A stretch of 64,000 nucleotides of DNA, from assembly GCF_009914755.1 (NCBI RefSeq), contig NC_060933.1. One strand, written 5' to 3'. The translations under genes and the position numbers were made by a program. This document shows positions 56,305 to 64,000 of this stretch, one piece after another; the first letter of the stretch is position 1; the number at the start of each line of letters is the position of its first letter. The stretch comes from the human T2T-CHM13v2.0 reference genome, Homo sapiens. The notes beneath the pieces are model-generated. The model was not told the origin of the DNA, made no database searches, and saw only the letters and a program-made list of their open reading frames with translations.

Positions 56305-56400
56305 AGTTTAAGGAATGTCCTAAGTTGATCTGCACTAATTTATAGGATTTAGTTGGAGTTTAAGGAATGTCCTAAGTTGATCTGTACTAATTTCCAGGAA
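56305..56400. repeat. Tandem duplication, 52-bp period
   Basis: AGTTTAAGGAATGTCCTAAGTTGATCTGYACTAATTT at 56305 and 56357 (36/37 identical). Confidence 0.92.
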
Positions 56401-56692
56401 TTAATTTGCACCTTGGGCTGTGCCTTAAATTCTAGCTGGATTTATCAGCCAGCTTCTATTTGTAATACAGGTGACTATGGTCCTTAACTCCTCTCCTAAT
56501 TTTTGCTCTGAGAAGAAAATTATCATCATACCATGAAAGTAGTAGATGAACTCTATCTTTTAGGTTATTCTTTACCAGATTATGGAAATGTGATAATGAA
56601 TTTTTTTTAAATCCATGATAAGACAGTAAACATATACTTGTTTCTATTCTGCAAAGCTTAAAATTTTCCTACTTGAAATTTAAAAAAAAAAA

Positions 56693-56822
56693 CTCTTAGG
56701 AGGCCCCTGAGATTGGTTTAATGCTCTGTTGTAGCTATCTGGAAATTCTTAATAATTTTTGAGTAAGTATCCATGCATTTTCATTTTATACTCAGCTCTA
56801 TGAATTATGTAGTTAATCTTGA
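56693..56822 (+). mobile_element. MER91-like hAT fragment
   Basis: 'ttggtttaatgctctgttgt...gaaattcttaataatttttga...gcattttcatttt...aattatgtag'. Confidence 0.75.
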
Positions 56823-59800
56823 TAACATATCAGAGCCTCTTGTCTACTTTATTTTCTGTACATTCTTCATCCTATCAGGTACAGATGAAGCACGCAAATG
56901 AACCACCTTGATACTCTACTGTAAATGTCCAGGGGCTACCTACTTATTGACCAGTTAGAACTACAAAAAGGAAGTTAATGTGGGGAGGGGAACTTCCTTC
57001 TGAACCATTTTCTTAATTACAACAGTAGTCTCTTATTGCGCCCTTGGAATTCTGCATTGCTTAATATTTACTACTGTGGAGAGCTTGAGCAATTCCAAAG
57101 GATCCCATTTGGCATAGCTGATTAAAATTTGGTGAAGAGTGAGCTCAGTCTTCATCCTCTGTGGAAACACAAAGACGACAATGTCCCATTCATACTGAAT
57201 GACAATTGCAATTTTGTATTTATGTAAAGGTAGCACAAGCAGGTAATATTCTCTCCAACCACACATTTCAACCTGTAACTTCATCTTTACCTTGGTTTCC
57301 TCCCTGATGTTCTCTTCATGCACTCCAGATTTCACTTAGAGCATGTATGAGACTCTTTCCTACCTTCCATAAGGCCTACTGTAAATTCTGCTCTACATCC
57401 TACCAATGATAAGAAACTTTGAATACCACCCCAGGTAACTTTGTTCAAATTATATATATGGCCTCAGATCCATGACTGGGGCTGGAATGAACAGACCTCA
57501 GTTCTTTATTTAATTGTTTTCAGATTCTACGGCTTTAATTAAGGCAGTAAACTCAGCCCCCTGTTCAAGTATGTTCTGTTCTATATCACTATCCTCATAA
57601 TTGGATTTGAACTCTTTCAGCCACAATAAATAAAGCAAATTTTCTATGATTCTTTAAGGGATTGGTGGGGGCTACAGTACTCCTCTCCTCTGATTCAAAA
57701 GTTGATAATGTGCTTTTATTTTCTTATTAAAAATTCTATCAAGGCTTACTTTTTAAATCCTATTTATATTTTCTTCAAAAGTAAATTAATTCAAGTGAGC
57801 TGCCTTTCTATTTTCTCTTCTGATTTTTAATTTCTCCCTGTTGTGCACATGATATAAATGCTTTTTCTCCGTATAATCCCATGTATAGTAACTAAACCTG
57901 TATGTTTGTTACTGTTCTCTGAATATATATATTTGGCCCTCAAGGTTATATAAGTCTTGTAAGACAGAGAATCATTAGCTTATCCCATTCACTCTATCTC
58001 TTATTATTTGTATCAATAGCATTAACTAAGGTGTTTTCTCTCTGGAAAATATAAAGCCTGTCAACATTTACACTTGTATCATTCCTATCATGTGAAAAGG
58101 AGAATCCAATTGGCAATTTGGAGAGGAGTAGTAGCAGTTACCCTTCTCAGTATAGGACTGACAAATCTCACCTTAACAACTGCAGCCGATATGCTGTCAC
58201 AGTATTTGGAAGTGTTTTCTCAAAAGTTTACAGCCATTTAATGATTAGCCATGACCATGAATAGTCCTTTGCATCAGATAATAATAGAATTGCAACATGT
58301 CCTCCATCATTAATTTGAAGAATCCATGCCAATGTTAATTCACCAGTCTTCTGTTAGTGAATACTCTGTTCTTTAATAAAATATAGTTTTCACTCATCAC
58401 CTGTCCTTGGACTCCGGTTACATAAATAGTTTGTCCAATAATCAATATTTTGAGTCATTTCTAAGGATACATGAAATTTCTCCAAGAAACCAGGGAGGGA
58501 TAAGAAGGTTTTCCAGTGAATAAAATGTAATCTCGCAGCTTTTTCTCCCACTATCATCTCCTCCTATTAAAAACTAACCTATTAAAAGGTTAGCTTTTAC
58601 AGGTATGCTAGCAGGAGTCAGTCAATGGGATTTGCACCCAATTTCCCTTTGTCCATGTACTCCCTAGACCCGTACTCCCAGACTGTAGTCTATGGCCCCC
58701 AGATTTCAATGGTAAGACTTATTTCCCTTAACCTGCCTCAAAGATTCCACTACCTCATACCAAAAATGTACAGCCAACTATCCTGAGAACAAATTCTCAT
58801 ATTTTTCCATTATTTCCTTTTGAAAAGGAGCCCAGGTAGAAAAAGAAAACATTCACTATTTTGGTGTGTGGGTCTAAAAGACAATCCTGCTCTCAGTGCC
58901 GATCTGAACCCACAAAAAGCATTGAATTGTCAAATCGGACTCACATTGAAGATTTTGCTCAGTATCATGCTTTCTGAATAATTTCAAAGATGAAATAATC
59001 ATGTATGGGTTAAGTGGGGAGAGACCTGTGTCCTTTCATCTTCATTGAATGTGGTCTCATCCAAGTTTCTAGATTTGGTTTCTAAGTAAAATGTACAGTT
59101 GCTTTACTTACTCAGGTGTATTCTCAGTTACAAACCATCTCCTTTTATACTTAGATAGCAACACAGCTAACGTGACATTTTCTTGGGAATCATCACCCTA
59201 CATTTATTGATTCCTGGCTTATTTTTCATAAGCAATTTTAGACAACTCCGCATGGTCTGCTAGAAACATTTTATGAAGAATGATTCTTTGGCTACCAAAA
59301 ACTATTTAGTTTATTTTCTAAGAGACTTGCATTAATATGTTTGCAGAAAAATTAAACCAGAACACCTGACTTCTTTATTTCCCAGGAGTTTTCCTCCACA
59401 CCTGCCCCCATCAGGGGAGAAAATTGATCAGGAGGTACCACCCCTTTCCACACCATTCTTGAATCTATTCTACAGAACTCTCTCACATGGTCTAGCAATA
59501 TGTTTAAGGTAGAACCCTTTTTCTATCAATATTTCTTATGTGTTAAATTTGCATTATTATATGTTGACTAGAAATTATATATTCCTTCTTAAACATTAAT
59601 CATAATGAATCTAAAAACCTAATTTATTTCAACCAATAAATTTCTCTTTAATTCCTGTCCTCAACATTCTTGTCCTCAATATTCCTATTGTTACTGTTAC
59701 AGTTATGAAATCATCTTAATGAAATCACAGCTAGACCAGTGCATTAATTTAAAACAATAGCATCCTTTTTCTATAATTTAACTTCTTCAAACTTTTCTTC

Positions 59801-60483
59801 ACTGTTGTATAATGATAATTACTCTAAAATGACAATCTGATCATTAAAACTTTAATCATTTACTCTCTGCCAATTTCATAAATAAATATTTGATTCACAG
59901 TTGTTATTTCTTCTTGAAGATACATCAAATAATCCACCTTTATGAAAAGCAATTTACTGTTTCATAAATGTGCTTTATTATGTCACATATTCAGTCTTTT
60001 AAACATTTTGTGCCATCCTTGGTCATCAAATAAATTTCTATCTACTAAACATGACTGACTTAGCAAAACGATAGCCTTAGTTTCATGCATGTCTCCATCA
60101 ATTTTGGAATTGCTTTTATGCCCAAACTGCAGTGGGAGAAAAACACACAACAAAATTGTGTTGATTGTTATCTCTTTAAAACCACAACCTTGAAAAGCAA
60201 ATGTGCCTTTAAGGCGGCCAAACAAGCCCATTTTTCTTTTGTTAGCCATTGCCTTCTTCCTCTTATGTAAGATTAACTTATGGATTCTTTCCTCATTTCA
60301 CACCCCTCACATACTTTTCTTCAATCTCAATGCCAGCTGATGACCTTGTTTCCTGTGTCAAAAAATAAATACATAGATAGATAAATAACAATCAAGAGGA
60401 AATGTATGCAGACTCCCACTACTACATATACTTAACGCCAGTATCTAAAATTACACACTACTCATCCTGCATATTAATAGAGC

Positions 60484-60711
60484 AGGGTCTTTTCTCTGGT
60501 ACTATGGACAAACTGAGCCAGATAATTCTATGTTTGGGATGGGGTGTTGGAAAGGTTGCCTTGTATGTTGCAGGATGTTTAGCAACATCCCTGGCCTCTC
60601 CAATTCGATGCTAGTAGTAACTCCATTCACAAGTTGTGACAACAGAAAACATCTCCAAACATTGCCAATTGGCTCCTTGCAGAGTGAAATCTCTCCTTAA
60701 AGAAAACCACT
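60484..60711 (-). mobile_element. MER20 hAT MITE
   Basis: 'gccagataattct...gcaggatgtttagcaacatccctggcctct...agttgtgacaac..aaacatctccaaacattgccaa...aaccactg'. Confidence 0.88.
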
Positions 60712-61225
60712 GCCAGAAATGAAATGTTTATACACCTACCTCAAGCTTACGCCTTTACTTGTTCATCAACTCTTTCTGACTACACAGGCTATAGACAGAT
60801 ACTTTTCAATACTTACCCCTCTTATACATAATCAAATTTTCCTCATTATTGGGTCATTTCATGATCATACAAATAAGCTATTATTTCTGTCATACTAGAA
60901 AATAAAAGCAAATAAGCAACCAGTATTCTTCATTTTCCCCATTTTCATTGTCAGATACCACCAGGGAATTTGATCCCTTTTTCACCAAAACTCTTTAAAA
61001 GGATAATTTATAGTCACCGTGTCATTTGCTCCTTGCATTTTCTCTTTAATCATTTCATTTCCATACAGATTTTTGCCCCCCACTACTCTAATTAAACCTG
61101 TCCTCCACTTTGTTAATCTTATAGTTATTTTTCTCACCTTACTTGATTTATCAGCAGCATTTGAAGTAGATTATTCTCATAATACTATCTTCATTTGACT
61201 CCCTGGTTTTATATTATTTGTATAC

Positions 61226-61240
61226 TTCTCTCTCTCTCTG

Positions 61241-61275
<35 letters not shown>
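61226..61275. repeat. (CT)n microsatellite
   Basis: Directly visible. Confidence 0.9.
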
Positions 61276-61279
<4 letters not shown>

Positions 61280-61516
61280 GTGTTTTCTTCTATTCCTCAG
61301 ACTCAATGTTGGAATGCTCCAGGCCTCAGTATTTTATTTCCCCCCACCATCATCTTTCTCTGTACTTCTTTCCTTGGTTATCTCATCCAATCTCGTGGTT
61401 TTACATGCAGTGTAAATGCTAATGACTCCCAAATTTATATTTCCATGCCATATCTCTATCCCAAATTCCACACGCATAAATCCAATTGCATTTTTTACAC
61501 TTCCACCTGAATGTCG

Positions 61517-62022
61517 TGATGATAATGGGTCTATTTTTCCTGAGACCCATTCCTCACTCTGCCCAGTTCAGTTCATAAGACAGAGGGGATGAACACTGTG
61601 GATTATGTAGCTCAGATTTTCTGAAAGCTGGCTTCCAGTTAGGCTCAAACAATAGGAGACACATGTAGAAAGATGAAAGGCAGGAACAAGGAGAAATCTA
61701 GATATTGTCTCATTTTCTCCCTGTCATCCCTAATAACAGTTACATTTTTTACAGGCTCCTGCTCCTTTACATAGGCCCACTGTGGTTCCAGCTTCCCCCA
61801 AATATCCCTCCCTGCAGCTCCAGTAGTACAGCCTCCTATCCCTGTTCTCCAAGGGAAGGTGATAGTAGCCTCCCATTGTTGCTAAATTGTAGGTTGCCTC
61901 ACTGTCCCCTGGTTGGCTTTAATTTTTTTAAAGTTATTTCTACCATCAATTACCTGTATCAATTCCCTTTGTTTTAAATTCTCAATGATTTCAGTTTTCC
62001 TGGCTAGTTTCTGATTACTTCA
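61517..62022 (+). mobile_element. LTR33-like ERVL LTR nested in L2
   Basis: 'gctggcttccagttaggctca..caataggagacac...gttgctaaattgtaggttgcctcactgtcccctggttggct...gttttcctg'. Confidence 0.75.
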
Positions 62023-63019
62023 GATACCTAATGGAAATCTCAAAGAAAGTATGACTCAAGAGAAATTGTTGATTTCCATCTCCCAGCTACTACCAAACCT
62101 GTTTATGCTTATCCATTTCATTTGATGGCAAGTCCTTCCTCTGGTTGCTTAAACCCAAAGACTTTATAATATGTAGAATCAACTACTTCTCACCATGTCT
62201 ACTGAGGTGTGAATTACTACTGTTTTCCTCTTGGATAAAGTCAATATCTAAAGAGGGGACTTTTCCTAAAAGTGTCCTCTTACAGTCAGTTACCAACACA
62301 ATATCCACAGTCATCCTTTTTACATAAAAGAGCGTGTCACTTCTCTTCTTAGGACCTGTAGTGACCCTCTCTTTCATTGATGGTAAAATTCTAAGGCAGT
62401 GTGAGTTTTAAAATACCCTGTAAATATGTACAATTATTATGTCATTTAAATATAATATATATTTTTAAAAATTAAAAACGTATATCAAGGCCCAAATTAC
62501 TTCTGTGTGCTCATCGTTAACTCCCCTTCCTCACTCATCTCCAGCCACACTGGTTTCCTTGAACCCCTTCAAACAAGCCAGATATGGGGCTGTCTTGGGC
62601 TTTTGCACCATCTTTTCCCTCTGCCTGGGTTCCCTTCTTTCAGATATCTACATGTTTAATCCCTCACCACCTTTAAATTTTTGCATAAATGCTATCTTTT
62701 CAATGATGTTTTCTACGGCCTCCCTACTTAGCATCTCAACCTGTTTCTTGGACCAGCATTAGAAAATGAATATAGAGAGATGAACACAATATATATGGCC
62801 CTGCCCTCATAGTCCTAGCAATCTACAGGGACACAAAATAATATGCAAAAAAGTATTTGAATTATCTTCAGCACCTTTCTAAAGAAAAAAAGCTACTTAA
62901 AACTTACACTTAGAAATGCTCAATATGAGTCAATACATTATGTCACCACCTAAAGTAACAAGATGTTAGGCTGCAACTGCTGTATGTTTTGAATGAGACT
63001 CATTACACTATGAAGTCAC

Positions 63020-63500
63020 ATACTTGTTTAATATTATAATAAGACAGAACTAAATTTAAATCATAGTTATACCAAACACTAGCTACACTGAATCTCTACA
63101 TCTCAATGTTCTCACCAGCAAAATCAAGCTTATAATAATACTAGCTTCTTCAAGTTATTTAAAAGATAAATGAGCTAAGACATGTAATGCTCATAGCCCA
63201 TTTAGAAAGGCAAAATATAAGGTATAGTACATAGAAACCACTGACCATTGGTAATTCTGAAACACTACAGGTCAGACAGTTTGAATGAACCATATACTAA
63301 AGGTTGGAAAAGTTATTTGATTAAACTCTGCCTTTTTTTTTTCTGGGAAGAACACATAGATTAATCACTTTGTATAATCCCAACCTCTCCCTTCTTGGGA
63401 GTGGGGATAGGGGAAACAGTTTTCATCATCTATGATCTTAAGTTTCCTCATGCTCTTTCTCATTGTTAAGACAATACCACTTATTTTAGCTTATTGTTAC
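63020..63500 (+). mobile_element. MIR fragments
   Basis: 'ctcaatgttctcaccagcaaaat...gataaatgagctaagacatgtaa' and 'agtttcctcat'. Confidence 0.5.
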
Positions 63501-64000
63501 AATAGTATTTCATTTTTTTCTAACAACTTGGTATTAGTCAAGATGGGATATAATAACAAATGACTCTTGAAATCTTCATGGGTGCCATGGGAAGTTTCAA
63601 GAACACAACTTGAAAGTGAATTGCATGACTTTGTTCTGTGTTTCATTGACCACTACTCATTCAGTGAGCCTGAAAGTAACTGTGTATATCACTGTTAGTA
63701 TACTATGCATGCCAGATACCCAAGACTCAAACTTTTCCTTTCCTTTAGATACCACCTACTTAGTCATCAATTTTGGTTCAACCTACTCCACTAAATAGCT
63801 TTGACTTCCATTCACTTACCACTTTAGATTAGTGCTATAGACTCCTATTTTACCTCCTTCATATCAATCCCCTTAAAACTCCCAATAGCTTCCATTGTTT
63901 CAACCAAAAGCTCAAATTCCTTTAATATAAAGTGTTATATGAACTGGCACCCTATATACTTTATATCCTAATCTCTCATCTTTCATTTATTTCTTTAACT

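Larger units (their letters stand above)
60290..62750 (+). mobile_element. Long L2 fragment (RT region) with nested MER20, LTR and short L1
   Basis: Translates LLDLSAAFEVD (~61139-61172) and VNANDSQIYIS (ORF 61280-61510), the L2/CR1 RT motifs LLDLSAAFDTVDH and YADDSQIY. Confidence 0.85.

Noticed and set aside
57033-57335. 100-aa ORF as a possible domesticated retroviral gene
   Set aside because: It is a protease/RT-junction relic; adjacent Pol has stops, frameshifts and TE insertions.

Overview
AT-rich, CpG-depleted simian primate (probably human or ape) genomic DNA that looks like a gene desert or deep intron. I find no protein-coding exon, RNA gene or CpG island that I can support. Where the supplied ORFs are recognisable, they are decayed transposon or retrovirus sequence (L1 ORF2, THE1/MaLR ORF, ERVL pol, L2 RT) or microsatellite artefacts. 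The window is a dense, nested transposable-element record. It holds a ~7.2 kb MER61-type ERV1 provirus (- strand) whose two LTRs each carry a perfect p53 response element, a near-full-length L1PB (-) containing a young, perfect 4x28-bp quasi-palindromic minisatellite, a complete THE1 MaLR element with 5-bp TSDs, and a heavily decayed class III (ERVL-like) provirus at ~52-59 kb recognisable from colinear Pol motifs. It also holds many solo LTRs, Alus, hAT MITEs, L2 and MIR fragments. Subfamily names come from my recall of consensus sequences and need RepeatMasker/Dfam confirmation. I did not find a new coding system. The best leads are TE-borne regulatory sites and unusual local rearrangements.
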